Of a stretch of DNA of 64,000 bases, positions 63,310-64,000 are shown one piece after another. Every line of letters starts with the position of its first letter. Position 1 is the first letter of the stretch. The DNA comes from Octopus sinensis (taxonomy: Eukaryota), in contig NC_043016.1 of NCBI RefSeq assembly GCF_006345805.1, forward strand, positions 1,984,001-2,048,000, given 5' to 3'. The notes under the pieces are model-generated. The model made no database searches and was not told where the DNA came from. It saw only the letters and a list, made by a program, of their open reading frames with translations. Both the position numbers and the translations under genes were made by a program.

Positions 63310-64000
63310 TAAAGATATTATGCTTGATTACTATCTAGAAGATAAAACCGAACGTTTTACTCCTATTAGAACTAGAATTACGATTAAGGACCATAAAGAT
63401 AATTTCCCTATTAATACGCAAGTTAGATTAATCTATCCTAGCAAATCAGACTTAGGTAAATTAAGTAAATTAATCCTTGATAAATATTTACCCACTATTA
63501 GAAATAAAATCAAGATTAATCTATGGAAGAATACACAGGGTGCATTGGATTGGTTCTCTGGTATTAAGGTAAATAACGTTAGTAACCATAAATTTATCCA
63601 ATTCAATATCCAAAATTATTACTCTTCTATTAATCCTATACTTCTTAACCAAGCTTTAATTTTTGCTAGAAGATACACCAACACTAGCATGAAGGAAATC
63701 AAGGTTATTTTGACAGCAAAAAAAAACGGTTATAGAATTGGATAACAAATTATGGGCTAGGAAGAATACGCCAGATTTATTTGACATTACAATGGGTTCG
63801 CCGGATTCAGCGGAAACGACTGATTTAGTAGGGATTTATTTACTAGATAATCTAAGTAGAGAATGGCGGCCTATATAGAGACGACGCTTTGTTTTTAGTT
63901 AAGAATACATCTGACAGAAGACTAGAAATACTTAAGAAACGACTGCACAATTTTTTTAAGATTTTCGGATTATCAATCACTATTGAAAATGAGAATTACT
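63310..64000 (+). mobile_element. Penelope-like element reverse transcriptase (Naiad-like), frameshifted, runs off the window
   Basis: ITIKDHKDNF...RLIYPSKSDLGKLSKLILD...LWKNT...WF...FIQFNIQNYYSSI, then LFDITMGSPDSAETTDLVGIYLL and GGLYRDDALF. Confidence 0.88.

Overview
AT-rich, repeat-saturated eukaryotic (animal) DNA. I found no confidently identifiable host protein-coding gene, and almost all listed ORFs are translations of (TA)n, (CATA)n, (TAA)n, (CA)n and (GGT)n microsatellites. The SINE families match my recollection of octopus (cephalopod) repeats; this is an inference, not a database result. Recognisable elements: three groups of tRNA-derived SINEs; decayed DNA transposons (a full-length mariner, a maT/Tc1-type element and a full-length piggyBac); non-LTR retrotransposon fragments (RTE, four R4/Dong pieces, a CR1-group head-to-head pair, and Penelope-like RT and GIY-YIG pieces); a ~1.5 kb tandem duplication; and a 100-N gap. 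Two things stand out. (1) An orphan 28S rDNA D2 fragment is fused directly to the R2 target-site sequence and the 5' part of a three-zinc-finger R2 element, outside any rDNA array. (2) Several unrelated fold-back (inverted-repeat) elements sit in TA-rich DNA and carry outward-facing minimal type-I hammerhead ribozyme motifs, including one with a compensatory G3:C8 core swap. The same fold-back architecture occurs on a Penelope-like RT fragment at the right edge. All structures and alignments were read by eye.
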